A stretch of DNA of 64,000 nt from Syntrophomonas sp. UBA4922 (GCA_002398825.1 DHBS01000006.1:65750-129749); one strand, 5' to 3'; shown: positions 37,211-48,526, counted from the first letter of the stretch. The notes: a model not told the origin generated them from the sequence alone. Numbers and translations are program-made.

Positions 37211-37966
37211 TCAGTAATCTACCCCGAGCAGATATAGGCCCTGGGGAGGCGCAGTCGGGCCGGCATATCTCCTGTCCTGGCGAGCGAGGATTTCGGCCAG
37301 GTTCTGTGCCTTTAGCCGCCCCCTTCCAACTTCTATCAAGGTTCCCGTTATAATACGCACCATATTATAAAGAAAGCCATCGGCAGCAATGTCCAGAAAC
37401 AGATAATGGTCATCTTCCTCCATCTGACAGCGGCTGACGGTCCGCGTGAAGGTTTTGACCGGAGAACCGCTGGCACAAAACGATTTGAAATTGTGCGTAC
37501 CCCGCAAGTAAGCGCAAGCCCTCTGCATTTTCTCAAGGTCAAGCTTCTCGGTGTTGCACCAGGCGTAATTTCGCTGACATACAGCGCCAAGCGGGCTGCG
37601 GTAAATCCTATAACGGTAATGCTTGGTTACAGCCAGAAACCGGGGATGAAAGTCTGCCCGGGCCGCCTCGCTCTCCAATACCTGAATGTCGGGCGGAAGA
37701 AAACTATTTAAGGCTAAGCCCCAGCGCTGAGCCGGTATGCTGGCAGAGGTATCAAAGGCGATCACCTGCCCCAGGGCATGAACCCCGGTGTCGGTGCGTC
37801 CCGCGAATAGGACGGATACCTTTTCAGCAGTTAACCTGTAAATGGCTTCCTGCAGGGCAGCCTGAATGGTGTGAGCATTAAGCTGAATCTGAAAGCCATG
37901 ATACTGGCTGCCATCATATTGAATAATCATTTTAATCCGCTGCACGATACCTTTCCCCGTTATCAT
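37211..37966 (-). CDS. truA: tRNA pseudouridine(38-40) synthase
   Basis: IQYDGSQYHGFQIQ and GRTDTGVHA catalytic motif; true start may be GTG 37945. Confidence 0.92.
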   Translation of the reverse strand: MITGKGIVQRIKMIIQYDGSQYHGFQIQLNAHTIQAALQEAIYRLTAEKVSVLFAGRTDTGVHALGQVIAFDTSASIPAQRWGLALNSFLPPDIQVLESEAARADFHPRFLAVTKHYRYRIYRSPLGAVCQRNYAWCNTEKLDLEKMQRACAYLRGTHNFKSFCASGSPVKTFTRTVSRCQMEEDDHYLFLDIAADGFLYNMVRIITGTLIEVGRGRLKAQNLAEILARQDRRYAGPTAPPQGLYLLGVDY

Positions 37967-38508
37967 GATTTAGCAGGTCGGGCCGGCCTTATACAGAGGC
38001 CGTAATTAAGGCCGGGAGCCAGGACTTAGGAAAAACTATAGTGGCTGGGACATCCGCCGGGCACAGGGAGGCCGTAAAGGCGGATAAATGTTTAAAATCT
38101 CCGGCAGTACGGCTTGTTGCACTAAGAACTCGTACACAAAGATAAGGAGGACGTTTTGCCAACTCCTCCATAGAATAACTGTTTGAGGACTGTCTGCACC
38201 CGATTACGAATCTAAAGCAGGATTCCTCCCCCGATTCGCCGGGTCCATAAGCCGCATCTTTTTCAACTGTATGAAGCATACGCCGGTAGCCGGCATGGGA
38301 CCGCCTTAAGCCCTGTGTGCAGGCTTATCCCGGCTGTCCATGCCTATTGCAACTTATCGGACCGAGAAAAACGCAGCAACACCTCGAATCCTGTCCGGGC
38401 TGGATGTCTGCCATCACTGCCCGGAAATGCCTGTACTTTCGAGGTCAAACCGGGGATGGACCCGCCTATCCCCGCTCCTGCTGTAATTAACGGCCTGATT
38501 CAGCAGGA
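37967..38508. other. ORF-poor, hairpin-dense 540-bp segment between rplQ and truA (unassigned; possible structured RNA)
   Basis: No credible ORF. Many 6-9-bp helices, e.g. 38381..38445 (nested ACCTCGAA/TTCGAGGT and TCCGGGC/GCCCGGA), 38292..38344, 38146..38169, 38052..38085, 37985..38013, 38477..38507. Confidence 0.5.
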
Positions 38509-38850
38509 TTACTGCACCAGCTCAATAATTGCCAAGGGGGCGCCATCGCCCTGACGAAAGCCGACTTTTATAATACGGGTATACCCACCCTGGCGGTCCT
38601 TGTAGCGCTCAGCCAGTTCGGTGAATAACTTCTTTACTACCGGTTCTTTGGTCAGATATGCATGGGCCTGGCGGCGCGCATGCAGGTCGCCTGCTTTGCT
38701 GAGGCTGATCATTTTGTCAGCGATACGTTTAATTTCTTTGGCTCTGGTCTCGGTGGTGGTTATTTTTTCACTTTCCAGCAAAGAAGTCACCGCGTTTCTT
38801 AGCAACGCCCTTCTTTGATGGCTCAAAAGTCCTAATCTACGGTAAGCCAC
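38509..38850 (-). CDS. rplQ: 50S ribosomal protein L17
   Basis: 113 aa, MAYRRLG..HRRALLRN. Confidence 0.96.
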   Translation of the reverse strand: MAYRRLGLLSHQRRALLRNAVTSLLESEKITTTETRAKEIKRIADKMISLSKAGDLHARRQAHAYLTKEPVVKKLFTELAERYKDRQGGYTRIIKVGFRQGDGAPLAIIELVQ

Positions 38851-38865
38851 TGGGGCTCCTCCTTT

Positions 38866-39816
38866 CTAGTCCTCCGTTTTCTTAAAGGACAAGTCAAGTT
38901 CTTTAAGTTTTCTTTCGATTTCTTCCAGAGATTTTTGTCCCAGGTTTCTGATTTTGCTCATCTCTTCACGAGTCTTTTCAATCAAATCGCCGACGGTATT
39001 GATATTGGCCCGTTTAAGCCCATTAGAAGCGCGAACCGAGAGTTCCAGTTCCTCGATGGACATCTCCAGAACCTTGTCTTTCTTTTCTTCTTCTTTTTCC
39101 ACCAGGATTTCCACTTCAGCATAAGTATCGTCGATCTCGGTGAAGAGTTTCAAATATTCGATCAATATCTGTGCAGACAGGCTGATTCCTTCCTCCGGGC
39201 TGATACTTCCATTGGTCCATACCTCAAGGGTCAAACTGTCATAATCGGTGCGCTTGCCGACCCTGGCCATGTCAACCGAATAGTTGACCTTGGTTACCGG
39301 GGTATAAATAGAATCAATCGGAATCAAGCCTACGATCTCTTCGCTTTTGATAGGCTGTTGGTCGGCGCTGACATAGCCCCGGCCCCGTTCCACGGTCAGT
39401 TCCATGGAGATTTTGGCCCCTTCATCCAGAGTGGCAATGTGCAGATCCGGGTTAAGTATTTCCACTTCGCCATCAGGCGTTATGTCACTGGCCTTCAAAT
39501 CCATTTTACCTTCTTTTTCGATGCGCAGAATTTTACGATCCTGACTGTCATATTTGAGGACCAGCTTCTTTATGTTGAGGATGATTTCGGTAGTATCCTC
39601 AACCACATTGGGTATGGTGGAAAACTCATGCAACACGCCGTCAACCTTGATAGAGGTAACCGCTGCTCCAGGCAGTGAAGACAATAAAACGCGGCGCAGC
39701 GAATTGCCCAAGGTGGTTCCATATCCACGTTCCAAGGGTTCAATAACAAACTTGCCATAGTTTTTTTCGGGGTCTTTATCTACACACTCAATGCGCGGTT
39801 TTTCCATCTCCAGCAT
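38866..39816 (-). CDS. rpoA: DNA-directed RNA polymerase subunit alpha
   Basis: 316 aa, [17 protein letters not shown] motif and C-terminal CTD. Confidence 0.97.
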   Translation of the reverse strand: MLEMEKPRIECVDKDPEKNYGKFVIEPLERGYGTTLGNSLRRVLLSSLPGAAVTSIKVDGVLHEFSTIPNVVEDTTEIILNIKKLVLKYDSQDRKILRIEKEGKMDLKASDITPDGEVEILNPDLHIATLDEGAKISMELTVERGRGYVSADQQPIKSEEIVGLIPIDSIYTPVTKVNYSVDMARVGKRTDYDSLTLEVWTNGSISPEEGISLSAQILIEYLKLFTEIDDTYAEVEILVEKEEEKKDKVLEMSIEELELSVRASNGLKRANINTVGDLIEKTREEMSKIRNLGQKSLEEIERKLKELDLSFKKTED

Positions 39817-39844
39817 TATAACAGACCCTCCTTTCTAGAGGTGA

Positions 39845-40474
39845 TTATCTAGAGTAGAGTTCTACGATGAGCTGTTCGTGTACCTGAGTATCTATTTGAT
39901 CCCGGGCGGGGTAAGCCAGAACAGTACCGGTTAGATTCTCCACGTCCACACTCAGCCATTCCGGCGGGGTCTTATATGCTGCCTGTTCCTTCATCTCCGC
40001 AAATTTGGAGGATTCTTTGCTGCCTGGTTTAACCTGAATGACATCATTAATCCTGACCAGCATTGAAGGAATGGTGGCCTTTTTGCCATTGACAGTAAAG
40101 TGACCATGGGTAACTAGCTGGCGGGCTTCCGCCCGAGACGAGGCGAAACCGAGCCGGTAAACCACGTTATCCAGACGCCTCTCCAGGAGTACCAGAAGAT
40201 TTTCGCCGGTTATACCCTGTTGACGATCAGCCTTTTTGAAATAATTACTGAACTGTTTTTCCAAAACCCCATAAATCCTGCGGGTTTTTTGCTTCTCACG
40301 CAGCTGCAGCCCGTATTCAGAGGGCTTTTGTCTCCGGTTCTGTCCATGGGCTCCCGGTGCGTATGGTTTCCTCTCCACTGCACACTTCTCTGAATAGCAC
40401 CGGTCCCCTTTCAGGAATAACTTTTCACCTTCCCGGCGACACTGGCGGCAAACGGAATCAATGTATCTTCCCAC
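39845..40474 (-). CDS. rpsD: 30S ribosomal protein S4
   Basis: 209 aa, [16 protein letters not shown] with a zinc-type Cys motif. Confidence 0.96.
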   Translation of the reverse strand: MGRYIDSVCRQCRREGEKLFLKGDRCYSEKCAVERKPYAPGAHGQNRRQKPSEYGLQLREKQKTRRIYGVLEKQFSNYFKKADRQQGITGENLLVLLERRLDNVVYRLGFASSRAEARQLVTHGHFTVNGKKATIPSMLVRINDVIQVKPGSKESSKFAEMKEQAAYKTPPEWLSVDVENLTGTVLAYPARDQIDTQVHEQLIVELYSR

Positions 40475-40490
40475 TTATGCCACTACCTCC

Positions 40491-40883
40491 TTATACTCTT
40501 CTTCTTTTAGGCGGCCTACACCCGTTGTGGGGTATGGGTGTTACGTCTTTTATTACACTGACTTCCAGACCCGCGGCCTGTAAGGAGCGAATTGCTGCTT
40601 CGCGACCTGCGCCGGGGCCTTTCACATAACATTCAACTTCCTTCAGACCATGCTCCATGGCGGCCCGGGCTGCGATTTCGGCAGCCTGTTGGGCTGCAAA
40701 AGGCGTGCTTTTGCGGGACCCCTTGAAACCTACCGTGCCGGCGCTGGACCAGGAAATGGCGTTGCCGTGCCGGTCGGTGATGGAAATGATTGTATTGTTA
40801 AAGGTTGACTTGATGTGAGCGATGCCATGCTCGATGTTTTTCTTCTCACGCCGTTTAACCCTGGTGGTTGTTCTTCTGGCCAA
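40491..40883 (-). CDS. rpsK: 30S ribosomal protein S11
   Basis: 130 aa, [14 protein letters not shown]. Confidence 0.96.
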   Translation of the reverse strand: MARRTTTRVKRREKKNIEHGIAHIKSTFNNTIISITDRHGNAISWSSAGTVGFKGSRKSTPFAAQQAAEIAARAAMEHGLKEVECYVKGPGAGREAAIRSLQAAGLEVSVIKDVTPIPHNGCRPPKRRRV

Positions 40884-40904
40884 TTATGAATCCCCCTTTT
40901 CCAA

Positions 40905-41273
40905 CTATTTCTTCCTGCCCCCCGCAGTGCGCTTAGGCCCTTTGCGGGTGCGTGCATTTGTCTTGGTATTCTGACCTCTGACCGGAAGGCCGCGCCGATG
41001 ACGTATGCCCCGGTAACAACCCAGATCCATCAACCTCTTGATGTCCATGCTGACCTGGCGCCTTAAGTCGCCTTCCACTGTATAGCTTTTCTCGATGATC
41101 TCCCTCAGCTTGGAAACTTCTTCCTCGGTTAAATCTTTCACCCTGGTATCAGGATTTATACCTGCCAGGGTCAGGATCTGCCTGGAGGAAGGCCTGCCGA
41201 TACCAAAAATATATGTTAGCGACACTTCCACTCTCTTGTCCCGCGGTAAGTCCACACCAGCTATTCTTGCCAA
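40905..41273 (-). CDS. rpsM: 30S ribosomal protein S13
   Basis: 122 aa, [14 protein letters not shown]. Confidence 0.96.
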   Translation of the reverse strand: MARIAGVDLPRDKRVEVSLTYIFGIGRPSSRQILTLAGINPDTRVKDLTEEEVSKLREIIEKSYTVEGDLRRQVSMDIKRLMDLGCYRGIRHRRGLPVRGQNTKTNARTRKGPKRTAGGRKK

Positions 41274-41293
41274 ATTTTTTCACCTCCGATTAT

Positions 41294-41407
41294 TTAACCT
41301 TGAACCTGTTTATGCTTGGGGTTTTCACAAATCACCATGACCCGCCCCTTGCGTTTGATGATCTTGCATTTCTCGCACATGGGCTTGACTGACGGTTTAA
41401 CCTTCAA
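41294..41407 (-). CDS. rpmJ: 50S ribosomal protein L36 (Zn-binding C+ form)
   Basis: Not in ORF track (37 aa). TTG start; translation [37 protein letters not shown] read manually. Confidence 0.9.
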   Translation of the reverse strand: MKVKPSVKPMCEKCKIIKRKGRVMVICENPKHKQVQG

Positions 41408-41434
41408 GATGTCTACCTCCTCGTTTGGCTGTGC

Positions 41435-41653
41435 CTACTTGAAACGATAAGTGATTCTGCCGCGGTTCAAATCATAAGGGGAGAGCTCAACCATCACCCT
41501 GTCCCCCGGTAATATTCTGATAAAATTCATTCTCATCTTACCCGAAATATGGGCGAGGACCTTATGGCCATTTTCCAGTTCCACTCTGAACATGGCATTA
41601 GGCAATGGTTCAATCACTTTGCCCTCGATCTCGATTACATCCTCCTTAGCCAT
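41435..41653 (-). CDS. infA: Translation initiation factor IF-1
   Basis: 72 aa, [30 protein letters not shown]. Confidence 0.97.
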   Translation of the reverse strand: MAKEDVIEIEGKVIEPLPNAMFRVELENGHKVLAHISGKMRMNFIRILPGDRVMVELSPYDLNRGRITYRFK

Positions 41654-41947
41654 TTACCAGACCTCCTTCCCATCCGATACCCCAGTTGTGCCAATATTTT
41701 TCAGGTATTTGCGCAGGATATGGTTTCCCGGTGTCTCGCCGCTTTTAATGATTGCAACGATTTCATCCGCCTTAACACCAGTAAACTGAATATGTTTGAT
41801 ATTCTTGACCTTGGGATTTTCTATTTTCCGCAAGCTCCCGTCCGCCACGGTTACAAAACGGTCGTTGATCACTCCGACAATAATAAACATTCTGCCTTGA
41901 TCCCGGCCTGTTTTAGAATAAACCACTTTACCCAGGATGTCTTCCAT
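41654..41947 (-). CDS. KOW-domain RNA-binding protein (YbzG-like)
   Basis: 97 aa from ATG 41947 (GGGGGTGGA RBS); KOW-like GKVVYSKTGRDQGRMFIIVGV; in the same position as small KOW genes upstream of infA in Firmicutes. Confidence 0.65.
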   Translation of the reverse strand: MEDILGKVVYSKTGRDQGRMFIIVGVINDRFVTVADGSLRKIENPKVKNIKHIQFTGVKADEIVAIIKSGETPGNHILRKYLKNIGTTGVSDGKEVW

Positions 41948-42045
41948 AAATAGCCGTCCACCCCCGTTTGATCGGAATGGTTCCGTGCTTGCCAGCAGCT
42001 GACCTGCCTGGGTTCCGCTCTCATTGCCAACCATTTGCGGATCCT

Positions 42046-42693
42046 CTATAGACCGGCCAATACTGCTTGGATATCGGCAAATACCTGCAGAGTATCACGG
42101 TCACCATCTATGCTATGCAAAACCCCGTGCGCTTCATAGTAATCCAGCAACGGGCTGGTTTGCTGCTGATAAACCTTGAGCCGGTTGCGGGCGGTTTCCT
42201 CCTGGTCATCACTGCGTTGTATAAGCTCTCCGCCGCATTTATCGCAAACACCGGCCTTAACTGGAGGATTGAAAACTATATGGTACAACGATTTACATTG
42301 AGAACAGCTGACCCGACCTGTAGTGCGCTGAATCAAGACCTCATCGGGAACAAATATGTTGATAGCGGCTTCAATCTTGCTGTTCAACCTGGACAGGACC
42401 TTATCAAGAGCCTGGGCCTGCACCGTAGTTCTCGGAAAACCGTCCAGCAGAAAACCTTCCTTACAATCCGGCTGAGCCAGGCGCTCTTCCACGATGCCGA
42501 TAGTCACCTCATCTGGGACCAATTGGCCCTTATCCATAAAAGATTTGGCTTTTAACCCCAATTCGGTACCCTCTTGCACAGCTTCCCGGAACATATCTCC
42601 AGTAGATATATGCGGAACCGGATAAGAGGCTTTGATAAGATCGGCCTGAGTTCCTTTTCCAGCCCCGGGAGGTCCCATTAAAATTAAATTCAT
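42046..42693 (-). CDS. adk: Adenylate kinase (Zn-lid type)
   Basis: [11 protein letters not shown]-loop; lid CSQC...CDKC. Confidence 0.96.
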   Translation of the reverse strand: MNLILMGPPGAGKGTQADLIKASYPVPHISTGDMFREAVQEGTELGLKAKSFMDKGQLVPDEVTIGIVEERLAQPDCKEGFLLDGFPRTTVQAQALDKVLSRLNSKIEAAINIFVPDEVLIQRTTGRVSCSQCKSLYHIVFNPPVKAGVCDKCGGELIQRSDDQEETARNRLKVYQQQTSPLLDYYEAHGVLHSIDGDRDTLQVFADIQAVLAGL

Positions 42694-42707
42694 ATCCAGC
42701 CGCCTCC

Positions 42708-43973
42708 CTATTTTACAAAACCTTCATAACTGCGCAGCAACAGGTTGGATTCAACTTGTTTCATGGTATCCAGAGCCACACCAACCATAATTAAAAGTGA
42801 TGTACCGCCGAATGCCAGGCTGGTCACATGTGTGGCATAAACAATAAAGTTGGGCAGGACTGCGATTAGAGCCAGGAATACACCGCCTGCCAGTGTCAAG
42901 CGGGTCAAAACCCTGTCGATATATTCCGCAGTCGGCCTGCCTGGTCTGATGCCGGGTACAAAACCGCCATATTTCTTGATATTTTCAGCCACGTCTGCGG
43001 GATTGAAAATAATCGAGATATAGAAAAAGGTAAAAAATACAATCAGCAAGGCATATATCAGGTTGTAAAGCGCACTGCCCTGATGAAAGTGATTGTTCAA
43101 AAAGGCATTGAATCCTGAAGCTGGATCCATCCATGACCCGATCGTTGCCGGAAACATCAATAGTGATAAGGCAAAAATGATCGGGATAACGCCAGCGGTA
43201 TTTACCTTCAAGGGCAGGAACGTACTTTGGCCGCCATAGAGTTTTCGTCCTACCACTCTTTTGGCATATTGCACCGGCAGCCTTCTCTGCCCTTCATTAA
43301 CCGCGATAATGGCCACTATAATGGCTAAAGCCAGGACTATAAACAATAAGATGTTGAAAAAACCGATGATCCCGCCGGCTAATTCCTGCCCAACCCCGGA
43401 TATCTGGCTGGGAATACGTGAGACGATCCCTGCAAAAATTAACAACGAGATGCCGTTTCCAATGCCTTTTTCGGTGATCATTTCACCTATCCACATCAGC
43501 AAGGCGGTGCCGGCAGTCAAACATATAGCGATAAACAGGTACATAAAGAAGTTATTGTTTTCAACTGCACCATTGCGGCCCAGGGCTACTGCCATACCCA
43601 TGGCTTGAATAAAGGCCAAAACCACAGTACCGTATCTGGTATACTGGGCAATTACCTTGCGTCCCTCTTCGCCTTCTTTTTGAAGACGCTCCAGTTTGGG
43701 AATGACTACGGTAAGGAGCGACATGATGATGGACGCGTTGATGTAGGGGGTGATGCTCATAGCAAATATACTGAAGCGCTTAAATGCTCCCCCGGAAATG
43801 ATGTCAAAGAAATTGAACAATTGCCCGCTCAAGAACTTTTGTACTGCATCCGCGTCAATGCCGGGCACCGGTATATGTGCCCCTAATCTGAAAACCAGAA
43901 ACATGAAAAGGGTAAAGAGCAGCTTTTGCCTCAGGTCTCCTACTTTAACTGCTTTTTGTAATGACCCTAGCAT
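42708..43973 (-). CDS. secY: Preprotein translocase subunit SecY
   Basis: 421-aa polytopic protein in the spc operon position. Confidence 0.96.
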   Translation of the reverse strand: MLGSLQKAVKVGDLRQKLLFTLFMFLVFRLGAHIPVPGIDADAVQKFLSGQLFNFFDIISGGAFKRFSIFAMSITPYINASIIMSLLTVVIPKLERLQKEGEEGRKVIAQYTRYGTVVLAFIQAMGMAVALGRNGAVENNNFFMYLFIAICLTAGTALLMWIGEMITEKGIGNGISLLIFAGIVSRIPSQISGVGQELAGGIIGFFNILLFIVLALAIIVAIIAVNEGQRRLPVQYAKRVVGRKLYGGQSTFLPLKVNTAGVIPIIFALSLLMFPATIGSWMDPASGFNAFLNNHFHQGSALYNLIYALLIVFFTFFYISIIFNPADVAENIKKYGGFVPGIRPGRPTAEYIDRVLTRLTLAGGVFLALIAVLPNFIVYATHVTSLAFGGTSLLIMVGVALDTMKQVESNLLLRSYEGFVK

Positions 43974-44413
43974 TAGATCACCTCGACTCTACCACCCAGG
44001 GCGGTGACTTTTTCTGCTGCCTGCTTGCTCACTTTGTGAACCTTGAGGATCAGCTTGCGCTCCAGAACGCCATCGCCCAATACCTTGACGCCATCATTTA
44101 TGCTCTTGATAATACCGTTCTCCTTGAGAACCTCCGGTGTTACCTCAGTGCCATCGCTAAAAACGTTTAAATCCTTAACGTTGACAATCGCATAACGAGT
44201 TCCAAATATATTGGTAAATCCCCGTTTGGGAATCCGCCTCTGCAACGGCATCTGTCCACCCTCGAAGCCAGGCCTGACCCCTCCGCCGGACCGAGCTTTT
44301 TGCCCTTTATGGCCCTTGGTGGAAGTCTTCCCATGACCGGAGCCTATTCCTCGGCCAATCCGTTTGGTTCGTTTATTGGCACCGGATGGAGATTTCAATT
44401 CATGTAGTTTCAC
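43973..44413 (-). CDS. rplO: 50S ribosomal protein L15
   Basis: 146 aa, Gly/Lys-rich N-terminus. Confidence 0.95.
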   Translation of the reverse strand: MKLHELKSPSGANKRTKRIGRGIGSGHGKTSTKGHKGQKARSGGGVRPGFEGGQMPLQRRIPKRGFTNIFGTRYAIVNVKDLNVFSDGTEVTPEVLKENGIIKSINDGVKVLGDGVLERKLILKVHKVSKQAAEKVTALGGRVEVI

Positions 44414-44430
44414 TTTAAAACCTCCCTGTT

Positions 44431-44619
44431 CTATTCGTTTACTTCTTCTACTGACACCAGGTGCTGTACTTTGTTGATCTGGCCGCGTATTTCAGGGCTA
44501 TCCTGTTTTATAACACTCTGATTCAGCTTTCTCAAGCCCAGACTTTTAACGGTTAGTCTCTGGGTTTCAGGGCATCCAATGAAGCTTTTAGTCCAGGTAA
44601 TCTTAATCATATTAGCCAC
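44431..44619 (-). CDS. rpmD: 50S ribosomal protein L30
   Basis: About 62 aa from GTG 44619 (8 nt after GGGAGG): (M)[14 protein letters not shown]...; the ORF-track start further upstream overlaps rpsE. Confidence 0.88.
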   Translation of the reverse strand: MANMIKITWTKSFIGCPETQRLTVKSLGLRKLNQSVIKQDSPEIRGQINKVQHLVSVEEVNE

Positions 44620-44632
44620 AAGTATTTCCTCC

Positions 44633-45136
44633 CTAACCCGTAATCTCATCTACGGTCTTGCCGCGCTGACGGGCTACTGCTTCGGCCTTCTTAAGGCTCC
44701 TCAGCCCTTCCATAGTGGCATGAACCATGTTATTGGAGTTGGAAGAACCCAACGACTTGGTAAGTATATCTTTGATACCCGCGGCTTCCAAAACCGCACG
44801 CACCGGTCCGCCGGCGATGACCCCGGTTCCGGCCGAAGCTGGTTTCAGCAAGACCTGACCAGCCCCAAATCTGCCCAGTATCTGATGGGGTATGGTGCGT
44901 TCATCGATCAAAGGTATCTCGATCATATTTTTCTTGGCGTTTTCAATCGCTTTGCGGATTGCTTCAGGCACTTCGGTAGCTTTACCTTTGCCGGTGCCTA
45001 CCTTGCCAAGACCATCTCCAACCACTACCAGGGCACTGAAACTAAACCTGCGGCCGCCCTTGACAACCTTGGCGACCCGCCTGATATTGACAACCTTTTC
45101 TATCAGTTCAGGAGTGGCTTGTTCTCTTTCGTTCAT
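44633..45136 (-). CDS. rpsE: 30S ribosomal protein S5
   Basis: 167 aa, [15 protein letters not shown]. Confidence 0.96.
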   Translation of the reverse strand: MNEREQATPELIEKVVNIRRVAKVVKGGRRFSFSALVVVGDGLGKVGTGKGKATEVPEAIRKAIENAKKNMIEIPLIDERTIPHQILGRFGAGQVLLKPASAGTGVIAGGPVRAVLEAAGIKDILTKSLGSSNSNNMVHATMEGLRSLKKAEAVARQRGKTVDEITG

Positions 45137-45164
45137 CCTTTCCCTCCTAGCTTGATTGCTGATC

Positions 45165-45530
45165 CTAAAACTCTAAACCGCCTTCTCTGGCAGCATCAGC
45201 CAGGGCGGCAACTCCGCCGTGGTATTTGTAGCCATTGCGGTCGAACACTACTGTGGTAATGCCTTTTTCCCGGGCTTTGCGGGCGATAGCAGCCCCTACC
45301 TCTTTAGCAGCTTCTTGATTGGTACGAGATGCCAGATCCCTGAGATCAGGTTCCAGGGTGGAAGCTGATACCATGGTGACTCCCTTGCTGTCATCAATGA
45401 TCTGAGCATAGATGTGGCTTAAGCTTTTATAAACACATAAACGGGGAGCTGCGCTGGTACCGGAGATTTTCAGGCGAATACGCTTATGTTTCTTGTCCCT
45501 GAGGCTTTTCTTGCTGGATTTTTTAAACAA
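45165..45530 (-). CDS. rplR: 50S ribosomal protein L18
   Basis: 121 aa, C-terminal [19 protein letters not shown]. Confidence 0.96.
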   Translation of the reverse strand: MFKKSSKKSLRDKKHKRIRLKISGTSAAPRLCVYKSLSHIYAQIIDDSKGVTMVSASTLEPDLRDLASRTNQEAAKEVGAAIARKAREKGITTVVFDRNGYKYHGGVAALADAAREGGLEF

Positions 45531-45551
45531 CCATTATCACTCCCTTCCAGG

Positions 45552-46091
45552 TTATCTGGATCCAGACTTACCGGCTTTGCGCCTGATAACTTCATTTTCA
45601 TATTTAATGCCTTTGCCTTTGTAAGGCTCAGGTTTTCTGATGGCACGAATATGAGCAGCGGTGTTGCCAACTAATTGCTTATCAATACCCTTTACGGTAA
45701 TCCTGGTTACAGCCGGCACTTCAAACTCGATGCCTTCGGGAGGATCAACCTCTACCGGGTGGGAGAAGCCGATGTTGATAACCAGCTTTTTGCCCTGCAG
45801 CTGCGCCCTGTACCCGACCCCGACCAGTTCTAATTTCCGTTCAAAACCCGCGCTTACCCCCTGCACCATATTGGCTACCAGAGCGCGAGTCAGTCCATGA
45901 AAGGCGCGGTTTTGCTTGCTGTCATTGGGTCTTTCCACCAAAAGATTGCTGCCCTCCTGGCTGATCGTAATCTGCCCAGGGATATGCTGGCTCAAGGTGC
46001 CTTTGGGGCCAGTGACGTTAACTTTTCCTGCCTCTATTTCAACACTTACCCCTGCGGGTATTTCAATAGGTTTTTTGCCGATTCTAGACAT
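45552..46091 (-). CDS. rplF: 50S ribosomal protein L6
   Basis: 179 aa, [15 protein letters not shown]. Confidence 0.96.
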   Translation of the reverse strand: MSRIGKKPIEIPAGVSVEIEAGKVNVTGPKGTLSQHIPGQITISQEGSNLLVERPNDSKQNRAFHGLTRALVANMVQGVSAGFERKLELVGVGYRAQLQGKKLVINIGFSHPVEVDPPEGIEFEVPAVTRITVKGIDKQLVGNTAAHIRAIRKPEPYKGKGIKYENEVIRRKAGKSGSR

Positions 46092-46109
46092 TGCTCACCC
46101 CTCCTTTGG

Positions 46110-46508
46110 CTACCAGATATAGCATAGTACTTCCCCGCCGATTCCGATCTTGCGAGCTTTTTTATCACTCATCAGTCCCTGCGAAGTGGATATGACTGCA
46201 GTTCCCAATCCTCCCAGAACCTTGGGGATCTCATCCCTTTTCACATATACCCTCAGTCCGGGTTTGCTTATCCTTTTAATGCCTGTAATAACCTTTTCTT
46301 TGTTAGGACCGTATTTCAGGTAAATCCTGATGACTCCCTGTTTAGCGTCCTTAATGTATTCATAATCCCTGATGTACCCTTCTTCCTTCATAATAGCGGC
46401 TATGGCCAGCTTTATCTTGGAAGAGGGAATCTCAACGGTTTCATGCATGACCATATTGCCATTTCGAATCCTGGTCAGGAAGTCGGCTACTGGATCAGTC
46501 ATGACCAT
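46110..46508 (-). CDS. rpsH: 30S ribosomal protein S8
   Basis: 132 aa, [17 protein letters not shown]. Confidence 0.96.
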   Translation of the reverse strand: MVMTDPVADFLTRIRNGNMVMHETVEIPSSKIKLAIAAIMKEEGYIRDYEYIKDAKQGVIRIYLKYGPNKEKVITGIKRISKPGLRVYVKRDEIPKVLGGLGTAVISTSQGLMSDKKARKIGIGGEVLCYIW

Positions 46509-46533
46509 ATTAAATACCTCCTTATATTACAAC

Positions 46534-46719
46534 TTACCAGCTCGCCTTAGTAACCCCTGGCAGTTCACCTTTGTGTGCGAGTTCACGGAAACAGATGCGG
46601 CACATTCCGAATTTGCGCATATAAGCCCGCGGCCTTCCACAGATCTTACACCTGTTATAAGAACGAACCTCGTATTTCTGATTACGCTGTTGCTTGGCAA
46701 TAAGAGCCTTCTTAGCCAT
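46534..46719 (-). CDS. rpsN: 30S ribosomal protein S14 type Z (Zn-binding)
   Basis: 61 aa, [10 protein letters not shown]...CRICFRE. Confidence 0.95.
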   Translation of the reverse strand: MAKKALIAKQQRNQKYEVRSYNRCKICGRPRAYMRKFGMCRICFRELAHKGELPGVTKASW

Positions 46720-46734
46720 TAGTCCCTAACCTCC

Positions 46735-47271
46735 TTATCTGAAAGGCATACCCATACTTCTCAATAGTTCTCTGGCTTCCTCATCATTGTTGGCGGTGGT
46801 TACGATCACCACTTCCATTCCTCTGATCTTGTCGATTTTGTCATACTCGATTTCTGGAAAAATGGTCTGCTCCTTAATCCCCAGAGAGTAGTTGCCCCGA
46901 CCGTCGAAAGCCTGCGGAGATACCCCGCGGAAGTCTCTTACCCGGGGCAGGGACAGATTAATCAATCGATCCAGGAACTCATACATGCGCTCCCCGCGTA
47001 AGGTAACTTTACAGCCAATTGCCATACCTTCACGCAGTTTGAAGCCGGCAATGGATTTTTTAGCCCGGGTAATAACCGGTTTCTGTCCGCTTATGATGGT
47101 GAGGTCACTTACCGCTCCATCCAGGGCTTTGGGGTTTTGCACGGCTTCCCCGGCGCCGATATTCAAGATGACCCGATCAACTTTAGGAACCTGCATGACA
47201 TTTTTGTATTGATATTTTTCCATTAACTTAGGAACGATTTCTTGTTTATATTGTTCATATAACCTAGCCAT
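46735..47271 (-). CDS. rplE: 50S ribosomal protein L5
   Basis: 178 aa; spc operon order. Confidence 0.96.
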   Translation of the reverse strand: MARLYEQYKQEIVPKLMEKYQYKNVMQVPKVDRVILNIGAGEAVQNPKALDGAVSDLTIISGQKPVITRAKKSIAGFKLREGMAIGCKVTLRGERMYEFLDRLINLSLPRVRDFRGVSPQAFDGRGNYSLGIKEQTIFPEIEYDKIDKIRGMEVVIVTTANNDEEARELLRSMGMPFR

Positions 47272-47300
47272 CTATAGCTAGCCTCCCTTCCTGGAGAATC

Positions 47301-47609
47301 TTAGTCCAGAATTTCTCCGCATTTTTTGCATTTTCTCGCTCTCTCTGTCTCCAGAACGGCTTTGCCGACACGAGTAGGCTTATTGCATTTGCCACATATC
47401 AGCATCACATTGGAGGCATTCAAGGGGGCCTCAATATTGATAATCCCGCCTTGCGGCATGGTGCGACTGGGCTTCTGATGCTTTTTGACCTTGTTTATAC
47501 CTTCAACTACGACTTTATTATTCTTGGGTAATACCCTGATGACTTTCCCCTTTTTGCCAGCATCTTTCCCAGTCACCACCAGGACATTGTCGCCCTTTTT
47601 AATTTTCAT
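47301..47609 (-). CDS. rplX: 50S ribosomal protein L24 (with CxxC...CxxC C-terminal module)
   Basis: 102 aa, KOW N-terminus [21 protein letters not shown]; Cys at residues 72, 75, 94 and 97. Confidence 0.95.
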   Translation of the reverse strand: MKIKKGDNVLVVTGKDAGKKGKVIRVLPKNNKVVVEGINKVKKHQKPSRTMPQGGIINIEAPLNASNVMLICGKCNKPTRVGKAVLETERARKCKKCGEILD

Positions 47610-47628
47610 ACTTTTTACACCTCCATCT

Positions 47629-47997
47629 TTACAGGACTTCCGGGGCCAGAGATACGATCTTCATAAAGTTCCTATCGCGCAGTTCCCTGGCTACGGGCCC
47701 AAAAATACGGGTGCCTTTAGGATTGTTATTATCATCTATAATCACAGCAGCATTTTCTGAGAAAGCGATATAGGAGCCATCTGGCCGTCTGATTTCCTTT
47801 TTGGTGCGTACCACCACCGCTTTAACCACATCGCCTTTCTTAACCACACCGCCGGGAGAAGCCTCTTTGACCGAGACCATGATGATATCGCCAACCGTGG
47901 CATATTTCCGGGTTGATCCGCCCAACACCTTAATGCACAGTACCTTTTTGGCGCCGGTGTTGTCGCCCACCTGCAGCATCGTTTCTTGTTGAATCAC
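47629..47997 (-). CDS. rplN: 50S ribosomal protein L14
   Basis: 122 aa, [18 protein letters not shown]. Confidence 0.97.
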   Translation of the reverse strand: MIQQETMLQVGDNTGAKKVLCIKVLGGSTRKYATVGDIIMVSVKEASPGGVVKKGDVVKAVVVRTKKEIRRPDGSYIAFSENAAVIIDDNNNPKGTRIFGPVARELRDRNFMKIVSLAPEVL

Positions 47998-48026
47998 GGT
48001 GTAACCTCCCTTTCGACCTTAAGACC

Positions 48027-48296
48027 CTATTGTAAGGTCTCGGCCCGGTGAATGATTTCTATTAATTTCCATCTTTTATCCTTGCTCAGGGGCCGGGTTT
48101 CCATGATTTTTACCACATCGCCAGTTTTGGCAGTATTGTCTTCATCATGGGCTTTATATTTCTTGCTGGTTTTGATGGTCTTTTTATACAGTGGATGCTG
48201 TTTGACAGTCTCCACGCGGACAGTGATGGTTTTATTCATCTTGTCACTGCTGACCGTCCCCACCTTGACTTTTCTGTTATGCTGGTTGTCAGTCAC
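48027..48296 (-). CDS. rpsQ: 30S ribosomal protein S17
   Basis: 89 aa, [15 protein letters not shown]. Confidence 0.95.
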   Translation of the reverse strand: MTDNQHNRKVKVGTVSSDKMNKTITVRVETVKQHPLYKKTIKTSKKYKAHDEDNTAKTGDVVKIMETRPLSKDKRWKLIEIIHRAETLQ

Positions 48297-48310
48297 CCTT
48301 TGACCTCCTT

Positions 48311-48526
48311 TTACCTATTGCCTTTGGCCAGTTCCCGCTGCCTCAAAATAGTTTTGCACCTGGCGATGTTCTTTTTAACATCATTGATCCTCATAGGGTT
48401 ATCCAGCTGTCCGGTGGCAAGTTGGAACCTTAAATTAAACAACTCATCCTTATGGTCCGAAACCTTCTGTCTTAATTCCTCGTCGGTTAGTTCTCTGATT
48501 TTGCTAGTTTTCACTAACCTCACCAC
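48311..48526 (-). CDS. rpmC: 50S ribosomal protein L29
   Basis: [20 protein letters not shown]; start ambiguous among GTG 48526, 48523 and 48514, overlapping the rplP end. Confidence 0.9.
   Translation of the reverse strand: MVRLVKTSKIRELTDEELRQKVSDHKDELFNLRFQLATGQLDNPMRINDVKKNIARCKTILRQRELAKGNR

Noticed and set aside
37989-38279. 96-aa minus-strand ORF inside the rplQ-truA gap
   Set aside because: Ser/Ala/Cys-rich low-complexity translation with no RBS and no family resemblance. It is more likely a chance ORF in structured non-coding sequence.
37967-38508. Possible RNase P RNA or tmRNA in the rplQ-truA gap, suggested by GGCUUAU-like and GUCCGGGC-like words and GGAUUCGAGG
   Set aside because: The RNase P-like words occur in the wrong order and on inconsistent strands, and the invariant GAGGAAAGUCC and ACAGAA..GGCUUA contexts are absent. 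There is no GGGG 5' end, no tRNA-like T-arm/CCA 3' end and no tag reading frame for tmRNA.
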